Below are positions 13,778 to 27,711 of a stretch of DNA of 64,000 nt, one piece after another; the stretch's first letter is position 1; every line of letters starts with the position of its first letter. This DNA is from Octopus vulgaris (Eukaryota). The position numbers were made by a program, and so were the translations under genes. The stretch is taken from the NCBI GenBank assembly GCA_951406725.2, contig OX597830.1, positions 50,158,001-50,222,000 of the forward strand, in the 5' to 3' direction. The notes beneath the pieces were generated by a model. That model was not told where the DNA came from and ran no database searches. It saw nothing but the letters and a program-made list of their open reading frames with translations.

Positions 13778-14189
13778 ACGGGCTTCTTTCAGTTTCCATC
13801 TACCAAATCCACTCACAAGGCTTTGGTCAGCCCAAGACTATAGTAGAAAACACTTGCCCAAGGTGCCATGCAGTGGGACTGAACCTGGAACCATGCGTTT
13901 AGTAAGCATGGTACTTACCATACAGCCACTCCTACGCCTAAGGATGTGAAGTTGAACACACAACTAGGGGCTTATATTCCTGGTGTGCTAGGTATGTGCG
14001 AGGTATGCACTGCACACCTATCAAGAATGGCAAATTCATTATAAATATCAACCTTACTCATTAATTTAATCACAAATCTTAATGGAAAACATTTTGTAAG
14101 AGCCCTGCATAAAATCTGGTGGCATTGGGTGTGACAATACACTCAATACAACAACCACCATACACCACTGATCGCAACCCATGACTTCA

Positions 14190-14387
14190 CTGGCAATAGT
14201 AATATATTGGCAATGTAATAACATATTGGCAAAGCAGAACCATATTGGGAATATAGTACTTTGTTGGTTATATAGAACCATATCGATAATAAAGTTCTAT
14301 ATTGGCATATAGTAACATATTGGTAGTATGGTACCATATCAATAACATGGGACATTATCAGCAGTGTAGTACCATATCAGCAATGTT
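14190..14387. repeat. Degenerate minisatellite of about 19 bp (accatattggcaatatagt-like)
   Basis: Periodic atattgg/atatc motif, about 10 copies. Confidence 0.7.
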
Positions 14388-14447
14388 CGGTCTAGGAATT
14401 GATCCCATGGTAAGTCAACATCCTAGCCACTACATTATATATATATA

Positions 14448-14775
14448 TCATCATCATCATCGTTTAACGTCCGCTCTCCATGCTAGCATGGGTTGGACAA
14501 TTTTGACTGAGGACTGGCGAACCAGATGGCTGCACCAGGCTCCAGTCTTGATCTGGCAGAGTTTCTACAGGTGGATGCCCTTCCCGATGCCAACCACTCC
14601 GAGAGTGTAGTGGGTGCTTTTTATGTGCCACCAGCACGGGGCCAGTCAGGCAGTGCTGGCAATGACCTCACTCGAATCTTTTTACACATGCCACTGGCAC
14701 AGGTGCCAGTAAGGCGACGCTTGTATCAATCATACTCGAATGGTGCCCTTTTATGTGTCACTGGCACAGAAGCCG
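14448..14775 (-). mobile_element. 5'-truncated RTE-LINE 3'UTR copy (family C) with (GAT)n tail
   Basis: Homologous to 46474-46790, which retains the RTE ORF C-terminus; similar copies at 17130-17363(+), 18937-19210, 28293-28478, 29278-29470(+), 32921-33190, 53341-53512(+), 54253-54561(+). Confidence 0.75.
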
Positions 14776-15294
14776 GTTAGCCGCTCTGTCAACAATCATG
14801 CACACACAAATACACACACAGATAGACAGATTCAAATATAAATATATATATATATACACATACATTAATACATGTGCGCATAAATATAAACATTCACATC
14901 CATGCATATATGCAAACACAAACACATACATATATATATAAATACATACACACATATAGAAACACACACACACGCGCACATATATATTATAACCAAAGTA
15001 GCAAATATATGCTTAATAAGCATTTTTCTTCCTCACTGTAGAGATTAATTGTTGTGCTGCTGTGAGAACAATATTTTCCAAAGATTAATCGTTTTTTGTT
15101 AAAGAGTTTTCATATTTCCTTATCAGTTCTTTGTTTACTTGGGAACAATAACATTATAAAACCCTCCATAACACACGCATATATATATATATATGTCTGT
15201 GTGTGTGTGTGTATACATATGTGTGTATGCGTGTGTATACATATTTATGCACATATATATTATATATGTGTGTGTGTATACATATATATGCATT

Positions 15295-15325
<31 letters not shown>

Positions 15326-15637
15326 ACACACACACACACACACATATATATATATTACACATACATACACGTGGGCATCTTAAAGTACGTGCACACATCC
15401 CTATTTCATTATATGCACTCTTTTTATAGTAAACACATGTGCCCCACAGTATAGACACACACACACACACATATTATATATATATATATATATACACCTC
15501 CCACAGTATATACACACCTCATACAATAGACATATCTCGCATGATATACACACCTCATACAATAAACATGTCTCATGATATACATACTTCTCATACTATA
15601 TATATCGACATCTTTGTTACACTATATACATGTCTTC

Positions 15638-15689
<52 letters not shown>

Positions 15690-16298
15690 ATATATATATA
15701 TATATGTATGTGTATATGTTTGTGTGTGTATATATATATATATATGTATGTGTATATATATGTGTGTGTGTGTGTATATATGTATATATATTTATATATA
15801 TATCACCATCATCATTTAATGTCTACCTTCGATGCCAGCATGAGTGGGACCATATATGTGTGTGTGTGTGTGAGTGTGTATATATATATATACATATATA
15901 TATGTATGTATGTATGTATATATATAAATATACACACACACACAACTTTATGGCATTTCTACGCACAGTAATATGTCAAAATATCCAAAACGATTTCATC
16001 GTACCAACAGTAAAAATAAACAGATTTTTCCAATTCTTTTTTTTTTTGGATAGAAATACAATAAAATTAATTTTTGTATTTGAAAATGTTAAATGTTATC
16101 AGATTCTAGCACTGAACCGGATTCTTTTGTTGAAGAATTGTAACAGAGTTCAATAAATACGAAGATATGAGGAAGAACTGGACAAACAATGGAATATTAC
16201 CTTGGGATTCAACCGTTTTCTGAACAGCTGGCAACACTCAAAGATTTCTTTAGAGATTAAAAATTTTTCAAAAATTTTGTGTCTGTGTGTGTGTGTGC

Positions 16299-16342
<44 letters not shown>

Positions 16343-16539
16343 TGTGTGGCTTTGAACTGCATCTGGTAGCAAAGCCTTTGTTTGGGAGTTCTAGGGTTTT
16401 GAAGAGTGTGGAACCATCTGTTAGGCACTACTGTTCCCAGATCTACTCTGACCTGGAGTGATAGCACCTGTCAGCATCCCTAGTGTGGGTTAGTTAGCAT
16501 ATTACAGAAAGGACTCCAAGCACAGACCATCACTGTTCT

Positions 16540-16850
16540 GTGACAGCCTTGGGGAAGGTAACAGCTAAGGGAGATAACCTCAACAGCAAATCAAAATGGG
16601 TGGCCCTTCAAGCAGTCTGGTGTCTTCTTTGACACCCCTTTAGCAACTTAGGGTAGGAGAAGCTCTCAAGTCCACTAAGGCAATTCACCAAGGAGAAGGC
16701 CACTCCAGTGTAAAAACCGACAGCTTACTGGTCACTGCAGTTCTGTTAGCCCACAGGGCCACAGTGGTCAGACCTCCATATCTAAAGAGCAGGTTAGGAT
16801 TGTGCAAACTGACTCTCACTTTAAAACCACGAAGGGCAGGCATGAAGAAA
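16540..16850 (+). mobile_element. Possible RTE-LINE 5'UTR remnant
   Basis: ggggaaggtaacagctaagggagataacc... and aaggagaagg..actcc...taaaaacc resemble RTE 5'UTR motifs from memory; no ORF. Confidence 0.35.
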
Positions 16851-18175
16851 AACCCTGCAGTGTCAAGGATTGGTTTACATAGCCAATTGAGAGTGTAGCA
16901 CTCTTCTTTGTGATTGTCGGACAGGAAAAAACTGCCATCTTGTGTGAGTGTGTGAGAGCACGTGTAACTAAGCTTGGTTTGGGGAAGTAGGAATTTTATT
17001 CTGTGTACATAAAGTGAAGTTCCTATAAGGCCTAATGAGTGGCTCCACGAGTAGACAGACCATGGGGCAAAAACTTTGCATGATCCAGATATACAAGAGA
17101 AGTTAGCTGTAGTAACATGACAATCTCCCTGGTGCTGGTGTACCAGAATAAAATGTGCCCAGTGCCTCTCTGTAAAGTGGTTGGTGTTAGGAAGGGCATC
17201 CTGCTATAAAAAAAAATGCAAACGAATCAAACATGAAGAATACAACACGGTCTTATGACTTGCCTTGGATGGTAGAATCCCAAAGGTAGACATGATTCAT
17301 GCTGTAACAAAGCATCCAACCCATGCCAGCATTGAAGGTAGACGTTAAAATGTTGATGCTGATTAAGGTATCACACAAAAATAGAAATCACACACACACA
17401 CACACACATGCATAAATAAGGTCAAAGATTCGAAGTTACTGTCTTCTTGTAAAAGTATAGTAAAATTGTACTCTACAAAAAGTATTGAATAATTTTTCCG
17501 TTTTATGTTAAATTGTTTTTATAATAACTCGACACAAAATCAAAGACATACATATCTATATATATATATACACACACATACAAATAATGATATATATATA
17601 TATATGTTTCTATATAGAGATGGATATTATATTCCTAGCGAGAGCTTACAGCTTACACAGTGTTCTTTCATAAATTTCCACAGCAGAAAGAAGATTTTTC
17701 AATGAATAAGATTCCATAACATGATAGAATTGAATTACAATTCTTTTAGACTAAACTACCAATGCCAACAAAACCAGGTAGATTAGATATGGCTTCGGAA
17801 TTTAAAATATATTCAGTGCAGACACCACAGGGGGTAGCTGGCATTTCTAGTAAATAACTACAAAATTTTAATGCAGTTTTTGTCAGCTTTTGAGAGAAAA
17901 ATTCCAAAATTATTATTATCATGGATAATTATGAGTAGTAGCTTTATATTTTTCCTATTTCAAGTATTATTGAATATGCATCTTAAAAATATACAAATGC
18001 TGCTTCAAGATACAGAATGGAATTTTCAGTATTTTTAAACGTTAATTCTTTAGTTTTTGCCTAAATGCACTAAAAATGAATGCAAAATGGAGCAAAAGGT
18101 TCTTCCCAATAGACATGAGAAATGTGTGGGAGCATGCATGGGTGTGTATGTGAATGTAAATATAATATGTATATA

Positions 18176-18297
<122 letters not shown>

Positions 18298-18356
18298 CAC
18301 ATGTGTATGTGTGTGTGGGGGGCACGTGTGCTTGTGAGTATATATATATATATATT

Positions 18357-18445
18357 CACAGGTTGTATGAAAAGTTTAGAACCTTGATGTCTTGTAAACT
18401 CTTTTGATTTTTTTTTGAGGCTCAAGACTTTTCATACACTCCTCA
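18357..18445. mobile_element. Short mariner-type MITE in (TA)n
   Basis: Imperfect TIRs tgtatgaaaagtttagaacct / aggctcaagacttttcataca (18 of 21 match); same TIR sequence at about 42464-42491. Confidence 0.5.
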
Positions 18446-18456
18446 TATATATATAC

Positions 18457-18506
<50 letters not shown>

Positions 18507-18527
18507 ATATATGTATATATACATATA

Positions 18528-18576
<49 letters not shown>

Positions 18577-20662
18577 ATATATACATATATATGCGTATAT
18601 ATATATATGCATATATATATATGTATATGCATATATATATGCATATATATATACATATATATATTCATATATATATATACATGCATATATTTTATCTGCT
18701 TTTAATTGTTTCAGTTACTCTGCGACCATGCTGGAACACCACGTTGAAGAATTTTAGTCGAATGAATCAACCCCAGTATTTATTTATTTTTTTTAAGCTT
18801 AGAACTGCTTCTATTTGTCTTGTTTGCCAAACTGCTAAGTTACAGGGATGTAAACACACCAACTCCAGTTCAAGTGGTAGGGGACAAACACATACACAAA
18901 GACACACTCACTCACACACATACACACAAACACAAATCATCATCATCATTGTTTAACGTCTGCTTTCCATGCTAGCATGGGTTGGACGGTTCGACTGGGG
19001 TCTGGGAAGCCAGGAGGCTGCACCAGGCCCACTCTCATCTGGCAGTATTTCTACAGCTGGATGCCCTTCCTAATGCCAACCACTCCATGAGTGTAGTGGG
19101 TGCTTTTTACGTGCCAGGCGAGGCTGGCAATGGCCACGATCAGTTGGTGCTTTTTACGTGCCACTGGCACAGTGCTAGCAATGGCCACGTTTGGATGGTT
19201 CTTTCACGTGATAAATATATATATACATATATATATACACAACAGGCTTCTTTCAGTTTCTGTCTACAAAATCCACTCACAAGCCTTTGGTTGGCCCAAA
19301 GCTCTACTAGAAAACACTTGCCCAATTTGTCACTCAGTAGGACTGAACCTGGAACCATGTGGTTGGGAAGCAAATTTCTTACCACCCAACCACACTTACA
19401 CATATCTGTGATTGAATCTTTTTGGCTCCAGAGGAGTGAAGTTTAAATTTGATCTTAGCACAGTTTGAACCCAGCATGTAAAGTTATAACTGTAACAGTA
19501 TCTTGGTCCTTGCCTTAGTTATTTAACCATTCTGCAATTTTGCAGAATGGTTGCTGCTGCTGTTGTTGTTGTTGCTGTTGTTGTTGTTGCCAATTTAACA
19601 ACAAGAATGGCAACAAATTTTGGAACAAAAGCAGAATGAATGATGGGGGATTAAGAGAATAATTCTTTCAACAATATATATCTTTTATCTGAAATCTGTT
19701 CAATTTTCCAAATACATGTCAGTATGTTTTGGTAGCCAAACATTCCAAGATAGATTTGGAATCGGTTTAAAGCAACGAAAGGTTTGTTCTGTGTAAATCG
19801 AGCATGAAAATCTATCAAGAGAATTCTGCAGAAAAAATAATCTGATGACTGAGGAAGCGATCTTTTATAAGTTTGAACGCGATTATATCTAGAGCAAGGC
19901 ATGATGGGAATCTGCAGCAAGGCATGATGGGAAGTAATTGTTGTTCTTTGATATTGAGAGATAAGAAATATTTGCCAGCAGGGCAAGAATTGTAGCTTAT
20001 ATTTGGTCGTTACTGTAAACCTAGTCAGTTGGTCACACATATTGAATAAACTGTGTAGACACATATACAGGCACAGCCACACACATATACATACCCTCCA
20101 CTAATATAGTTCTACATATGCATACATGTGTGTATGTGTGTGTGTATATATAAGTGTGTGTGTGTGTGAGTGTATATATACATAAATATAAATGTATATG
20201 TATGTGTGTATATATATACATTATATATGTGTGTGTGTACATAAATATAAATGTATATGTATGAGTGTATATATATATATAAATATATATTATATATATG
20301 TGTGTGTGTGCATATACATACATATATATATGTATGTATATACACACACACACACACACACACATATTTGTTTATTTATTTAGAAGGTTGTTTGTTATGG
20401 CTGGTCAGATACATGAACTACTAACAATATATATATATATATATATATGACTGTTGAAATATAAAATATATATAAATATATACACACACAATCTATAAAT
20501 GTTACTCAAACAGATGCACACAGACTCACTCACTCCTAGATATACATTGATGTATATTTACTTATATACATGTAACTATATATAAATGCGAGAACACACA
20601 CAGAAACACACATATAATATATTGGCAATTTTATGAACATATATTTACACACCTATAAATAA

Positions 20663-20701
<39 letters not shown>

Positions 20702-21474
20702 GACATGTATATGAAAATATATATAACATATATACATATATCATCATCATTATCATCATTATCTTCATAAACATTACCTACCATCACAGACAGACAGTCT
20801 GAGACATACAGACCGGAGTGATTAATGTCTAATAACTGACCAGAAAGGTTGATAAGTCATCAACCAGTATGATATATATATTGTGCATGTGTGGTTGTGG
20901 GGAGGCGTGTGTGTGTGTATAAAACACATGGGTGCCGGTGGAGAAGCGGACAAAGATAATGAATTCCAGGGGGGAGGGTGAGGGCAGGGGGTCAAAGACG
21001 GACCAATCACCGTACATAATGTTGTCTTTAAAACATCATCTTCGCACAACTATATCAACACCGGAATACCATCAACAATACCACCACCACCACCACCACC
21101 ACATTACCAACACTAACATCACCACCACCGACACCACCACTATATTAATTAATACCACCTCCAACAACACCACTACCAACATCACCAAGCTCCGATGCCA
21201 AATCAACACCACCCACAACACTAACACCACCACATTGACAACACAACTACACCTCCATGACCACTACAGCAACAACAATGCCATGAGGAACCCCACCACT
21301 ACACCACCTACCAAAACAATCCTACTTCCAACCCAACAAGGGAGCTTCTACATGGTTGATTAACCTGCAAGAAAATACACATTAGAATATGTGGTCCCAA
21401 GTCCCCCTGTAGCAAGGGATAAAAAAACAGGGTGGTCATAAATGGAATAAATTTGATGATTCTTTTTTATTTAT

Positions 21475-21775
21475 GTGCCCTTTTCAAGTGTAGCCAGGAT
21501 CATGGGTCCATTTCCCGGTTTTTTTGTGGTGTATGTGTTCCCCTCTAGCTGGACGGGACGCCAGTCCATCGCAGCATTACTCAAGAAACAGGAAGAAAGA
21601 GTGAGAGAAAGTTGGGGCAAAAGAGTACAACAGAGGTCGCCACCACCCCCTACTGGAGCCTCATGGAGCTTTAGGTGTTTTCGCTCAATAAATACACACA
21701 ACGCCTGGTCTAGGAATCAAAACTGCAATCCTCCAACTGTGAGTCCGCTGCCCTAACCACTGGGCCATTGCGTCT
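21475..21775 (-). mobile_element. tRNA-derived SINE family D with V-domain-like tail
   Basis: Homologous to 12349-12650; minus strand has ctgcgatggactggcgtcccgtccag. Confidence 0.8.
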
Positions 21776-21894
21776 CTATTGATGATAGATATCTTGATAT
21801 GGATCAAAGTAGACCTGGGAGGATAAACATCATCAATACTCACCTCCCACACTGACATCGATATTACTTCCAGCCTCACCCACCTAGCCATCAC

Positions 21895-22300
21895 CACTCA
21901 TTCTTGCAGCACCACTCATCCTCTCTTTTGAGCCAGATGAAATGGCTTGCTTTTTCAGTGGCTTTTGACAGCTTTCCTGCAACAACTTTTCTCTCCTTTG
22001 CAGCTAGTCCAAGACTTCTGAGCATTGAGTGAACTTTGGTTCCAACATATCTTCTAATGCCTGTTTCTACAGAAAGGCATATTGCATTCTATTCCTTGTT
22101 TACACAGAGTTCAACCAACTCGCAGTATTTTCAGTCTTCCCTGAGAAAAATATTTTTGAAATTTGCCTCTCAGAGAACTGTCAGCTCTACCCTTTTCAAA
22201 ATCTTCCTTCCCTTGCACCACATGAAAATGTTGGGTCTTTTAGTGGCAAAAAGTGGAAAGTAATATTTAGACCCACTTTTGTTGATATTGATGTATAATG
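21895..22300 (-). mobile_element. Decayed HERO-like (restriction-like endonuclease) non-LTR retrotransposon, ORF C-terminus
   Basis: One frame with 3 stops: FPLFATKRPNIFMWCKGRKILKRVELTVL*EANFKNIFLRED*KYCELVELCVNKE*NAICLSVETGIRRYVGTKVHSMLRSLGLAAKERKVVAGKLSKATEKASHFIWLKREDEW, matching RPD..W...ELTVPWE....KY..L...C...GW....VEVGCRG...AEKAS.WIW. Confidence 0.75.
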
Positions 22301-22346
22301 TAAAAATTACTTAGTGAGTGGAGGCTGCAAGTCTTGTTTATATAAA

Positions 22347-23018
22347 ACTAGCAGCTAAGCCCGGTTTCACCCGGTCTGTTCGGATGATGTGAAAGTGTGT
22401 CGTGATGATTGACGTATTTGTACGTAGTCTGTTTCTGAGAACTATTGTATTGGACCTCTGTGTATTCATTAAAACATTGATTTAATTATGAACATAGAAA
22501 GAAATTATACATTAATCCCTATTTTTGTAAGCAGTTGTATCCGTAAAAAATTTTATTTGCAAAGAACAGAAATTGAAAGAAGATATATGAAATGGATGTG
22601 TATGTGTGTGTGTGTGTGTGTGTGTATGTGTGTGTGTATGCGCGTATGTGTGTGTATGTGTGTGCATGTGTGTGTGTACATGTGTGTATGTGAGAGAGAA
22701 GAAGAGAGACAGCATAGCTAAAGTTTTGGCTGACTGTCATCCTGTATTCCCCTTGTTGCTAGCGAAATGGTATATGCCAATTGTGTGAGCAACTGGTTGT
22801 TTTAATGGTGGAACAAACAGGGGAATGTCATTAGAAAAAGTTTTAATCGATTTTCTCAGTAAGTATGGGGGCTAGGAAAAAAATAAAACCGCATTCCAAT
22901 GTATGCACCTGTCTGCATATGTGTGCCATTCACGCGAATCCACCCAGCCATTTGGCTGTGAATCTCAAGACAAGAAAGAATACAATGATCGCCCATCTCC
23001 AATTTATATTATGGATAA
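22347..23018 (+). mobile_element. Non-autonomous Helitron/Helentron-like element with internal (GT)n
   Basis: Starts actagcagctaagcccggtttcacccgg (CTAG plus GC-rich inverted segment); ends atttatattatggat. Confidence 0.5.
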
Positions 23019-23189
23019 ACAGAAAAGACCAAAGTTGAGTGAAGTTGAAGACAGGTTATTGGTGAGTTTTAAGGAGAATCTCAGTTATTTGACAAACTGG
23101 TTTTTTGATTCATTGAACTGTAATATGAGTGGCTGAGTATTCCACAGACATGCTGACAGTGCAACACAGGAGACCCTTCCCTCTGATTC

Positions 23190-23490
23190 TTTTCTTTAAA
23201 GCATTCATTCATTACAAGGTGCTTAGACCACTGAAAACGTAAGAACTACGAGAATATAATGGATGCTAGACAGAAGCTAATAGGTGACGATGTACATTCG
23301 ACTTAAAAGACTGGAGGTCATATTGAAGAGGAAAACCAGACTTTGGAAGGGAACTCCAAAGTTCAGAGTTGTGAGGGAAGAAACTGGTACTGTAAAGTGC
23401 TTTACGACAGGTGGGAGATTGCACAGTATACTGATGAGAACTGGATACAAGACTAGCTGATCGCTGATAAGTTCTTTAGAGGCAGGATTC
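23190..23490 (-). mobile_element. CR1-type LINE 3' fragment
   Basis: Minus strand: SSHQYTVQSPTCRKALYSTSFFPHNSELWSSLPKSGFPLQYDLQSFKSNVHRHLLASV*, matching SFFPRTxxLWNSLPxxVFPxxYDLQSFKSRVNRHL. Confidence 0.8.
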
Positions 23491-23924
23491 TCTTGGTGGG
23501 ATTCCACACAGTTTCCATCTGCCAAATTTTACTTATAAGCCCTGGATCATTGATCAATGTCTGAGGTAAAAGGCATCTTACTCAAAGTGCTATGTAGAGG
23601 AATTGAACCCAGGGCCTTATGGCTGTGAATTGAATTGCTTTACCATTCAGCTATGCTTGCAAACTGTAACTGAGTCTCTGGCCGCAAAGCAATAAAACAA
23701 TAACAACAACAACAACAGTCATATACTCAGTAAACTAAAACGCTATTCACAGACTTTATCTTACGCAAATTTAATTTGGTTTTTAAACCGTGTCAAAACA
23801 ACGAAAAACCATGTCGATGATGACAACAAAAATAAAGAATATTTATCATCTGAGATTCTGATTGCTTTGACGTCTTAGGAAATGGTAAAATAATCAAAAG
23901 ACATTAAACAACAACAACAACGTC

Positions 23925-23959
<35 letters not shown>

Positions 23960-25005
23960 TAATAATATTAATAAAAGAAGGGAGAAATAAACAAAATCAA
24001 AATCAAAAAAGAATTCCGTTTTCTAAATGGTTTAGTTAAGTGTTTAGAAAGAAAATATTAAAAACTGGGATTTATTTTAAACAAAATAAAGAATATTACA
24101 TGTTGAGAAGCTATCAATGCGATTTAATTAAAAACACGCATTCACACATTCATACATAGACACTAACATACAAACATAAAGTCATACACAAACACATATG
24201 TACACAGATGTATATGTACATATATGCATAAATATTCATATATGTACATTATATTATATACACACATACATACACATAAACACACATATATACACTTACA
24301 CACACACACATACATACAAATATATATGCTTTCATGTGTACACATATATAGTATAAACATACATACACACACGTTTATCCACTCACATGTATATACACTT
24401 ACACACATAGGCTATAACATATACAAACTCCATTACTTCCAACCTCTTTCCCAAAGTAATACAATATTTCTTAAAATCTTTCTCTGGTATATATTTAATC
24501 AGTATATCATGTGTGTGCACATGCACACACACACACACACACACATGCATGCACGCACACTTACATTTGTATGTGTGTGTGTGTGTGTATTATATATATA
24601 TAATAAATAATAAAAGAATTTGTTGCCTCCAACACGGAAGACAGTGAATAAAATATTCACTGGTGTTGCAAATAGCTGCCCAGCTGAATAAAAATTCGGT
24701 ATATGCAATTAAGTCAGTATTGAATTAAAATAGTCATCTATGTACCATTATATATATATATATATATACATATATATATGCACATATATACAGACATATA
24801 TACATATATACATACACATATACATATATACATACACATATATACATACACACACACATATATACATACACACACACACACATATATATATATATACACA
24901 TATATATATATACACATACATATATATACACATACATATATATACACATACATATATATACACATACATATATATATACACTTACATATATATATACACA
25001 TACAT

Positions 25006-25040
<35 letters not shown>

Positions 25041-25151
25041 CAAATAAATATATACATGCATATATACATACATACAAATAAATACATATATATATACATA
25101 CATCCAAATAAATACATATATATATATATATATATATACATACATATATAT

Positions 25152-25515
25152 ATCATCATCATCATTATTTATTTAGCGTCCGCTTTCCATGCTAGCATGG
25201 GTTGGACGGGTCAACTGGGGTCTGTGAAGCTGGAAGGCTTCGTCAGGCCCAGTCAGATCTGGCAGTGTTTCTACGGCTGGATGCCCTTCCTAACGCCAAC
25301 CACTCCGCGAGTGTAGTGGGTGTTTTTTACATGCCACCTGCACAGGTGCCAGACAGAGCTGGCAAACGGACATGAACGGATGGTGCTTTTACGTGTCACC
25401 GGCACGGGGCCAGGCAATGCTGGCAACGGACACGAACGGATGGTGCTTTTACGTGCCACGGACACCTGGGCCAGACAGAGCTGGCAAACGGCCATGAACA
25501 GACGGTGCTTTTACA
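25152..25515 (-). mobile_element. RTE-LINE 3'UTR copy (family C) with three internal repeats of about 60 bp
   Basis: ctggcaa(a)cgg.ca.gaac.ga.ggtgcttttac repeated three times, 25322-25515. Confidence 0.8.
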
Positions 25516-25703
25516 TACATATATATATACATACATATATATATATATATTGTTTCCTACCCTCACCCATTTCCATTAGAATCTAATATTTCCCAATGAC
25601 CAGACATAATTTCATGACACTTTGGAAAAGAACAACATTACATGTATAATAGTGACAAACATTTTCCATTAAAGAACCTCTCATATTACCTGGGTATATA
25701 TCT

Positions 25704-25872
25704 TTAACCCCTTGGCATTCAGGGGTTAAAGTTATACCAGGGTCAAATATACTGCTTATTGGTTTACATAGTTTTGAATTGATTATGTTTTATCAGGTAG
25801 CATTGGAATTTCGTTGATGTAATTGCTTACTTTTAGAATAACATTGTAGTGTAGGCACGAGATGCCAGCATC
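25704..25872 (-). mobile_element. Partial piggyBac-type MITE (family of 37644-37862)
   Basis: Aligns by eye to the reverse complement of 37700-37862; begins ttaacccc. Confidence 0.55.
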
Positions 25873-25990
25873 TTGTGGTGGGTTTCTGATTAGGAATTTT
25901 CAGCATCTTAAGAGATGTGGAACCACCTGTTAGCCACTATTGTTCTTTGGTCTACTCTGACTTAGAGTAGTAACAACTACCAGAAACCCA

Positions 25991-26719
25991 GTTATGGGTC
26001 AACCAGTATGTCCACACTCAAGCAAGGGCTTTTTGAAATCATGTGATGCAGCACAGAAGTGGACATGAAGAACTACTTCAGCAAATAAATTTATTAGATC
26101 AAGGGCAAATATCACTAGATGGTCAGCAGGTGAAGAGGCTATAGTTATAGATCAACCAGTATGTCCACACTTGAGATAGGGCCTTTTGAAATCATGCGAT
26201 GCAGCACGGCAGTGGACATGAACTACTTCAGCAAATAAATTTATTAGATCAATGGCAAATATCACTAGATGGTTAGCAGGTGAAGAGGCTATAGTTATGG
26301 GTCAACCAGTATGTCCACACTCGAGCCAGGGCCTTTTGAAATCATGCGATGCAGCACGGCAGTGGACATGAACTACTTCAGCAAATAAATTTATTAGATC
26401 AATGGCAAATATCACTAGATGGTCAGCAGGGGAAGAGGCTATAGTTATAGGTCAACCAGTATGTCCACACTCGAGCCAGGGCATGTTGAAATCATGCAAT
26501 GCAGCACGGCAGTGAACATGAACTACTTCAGCAAATAAATTTATTAGATCAATGGCAAATATCACTAGATGGTTAGCAGGTGAAGAGGCTATAGTTATGG
26601 GTCAACCAGTATGTCCACACTCGAGCCAGGGCCTTTTGAAATCATGAGATACAGCACAGAAGTGGACATGAATTATTTCAGCAAATGAATTTATTAGATC
26701 AATGGCAAATATCACTAGA
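25991..26719. repeat. 150-bp tandem repeat, about 4.85 copies
   Basis: Units start at 25991, 26144, 26294, 26444 and 26594 (153, 150, 150, 150 bp, then partial). Confidence 0.95.
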
Positions 26720-27330
26720 CACTGAGCGGGTGAATAGATTAACAAACTTTCAATGGCCAGGATCGGTCAGTTCAGTTAACAAATTACTGCTGTCGTCTGG
26801 AATCATGGTGTGTGCAGCTAATGAAAGACCAACACCACTGCAACCCAGGTCAGGCATTCATGATGCATCACTCGATCAGGACATATGGTGAAGAGGAATT
26901 GGATTGGTCCAGGCAAGGCTGCTAACCGGATGCTGATGATAACGATTACCCAACCATCTTTCTACTCGACATTACTGAGAGTAAGTGTTCCGTTTTTATT
27001 TCAAATCACTTTTCTCCCGAAATGCCTTGGTTTACTCAGACCAAACTCGTAGCTTCACAATCCAGAAAACCCAAGACCATTGGATTCTCAATACAGAACA
27101 TTGGCAAACCACATGCTTCAACTCTCTTGGACACATGCACACACATAGATTCACACACACACACACACACACAATAAATGGATGGATGGATGGACAGAGA
27201 AATAAACAGACAGATTGATAGACTGACAGATAGACAGACAAAGAAATACACTGACACAAAGAAATATATATATATATAGATGGATGGATGGATAAGATAG
27301 ATAGATACATACATACACAAATTTTTTGGA

Positions 27331-27711
27331 AGCACTCCGTCGGTTACTACGACGAGGGTTCCGGTTGATCTGAATCAACGGAACAGCCTGCTCGTGAAAT
27401 TAACGTGTATGTGGCTGAGCACTCCACAGACACGTGTAACCTTAACGTAGTTCTCGGGGATATTCAGCGTGACACAGAGAGTGACAAGGCCGGCCCTTTG
27501 AAGTACAGGTACAACAGAAACAGGAAGTAAGAGTGAGAGAAAGTTGTGGTGAAAGAGTACAGCCGGGATCACCACCATCCCTTGCCGGAGCCTCATGGAG
27601 CTTTAGGTGTTTTCGCTCAATAAACACACTCACAACGCCCGGTCTGGGAATCGAAACTGCAATCCTATGACCCCGAGTCCGCTGCCCTAACCACTGGGCC
27701 ATTGCGCCTCC
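27331..27711 (-). mobile_element. tRNA-derived SINE family D with 'tail 1'
   Basis: Minus-strand head ggaggcgcaatggcccagtggttagggc..gtttcgattccc; CpG-rich, so probably young. Confidence 0.85.

Larger units (their letters stand above)
13262..13938 (-). mobile_element. tRNA-derived SINE family A (CORE-like, internal (CA)/(TA) microsatellite) hosting a palindromic insert
   Basis: Minus-strand head ggcgtaggagtggctgtatggtaag..ggttcagtccc, accttgggcaagtgt; tail gactgaaacaa. Confidence 0.85.

Noticed and set aside
25991-26719. CRISPR-like or coding repeat array
   Set aside because: Whole units repeat with no unique spacers, no cas genes, eukaryotic context; stops in the frames checked
26816-26986. 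Plus-strand exon ending at a GTAAGT donor
   Set aside because: Weak acceptor, stops in all frames, no partner exons
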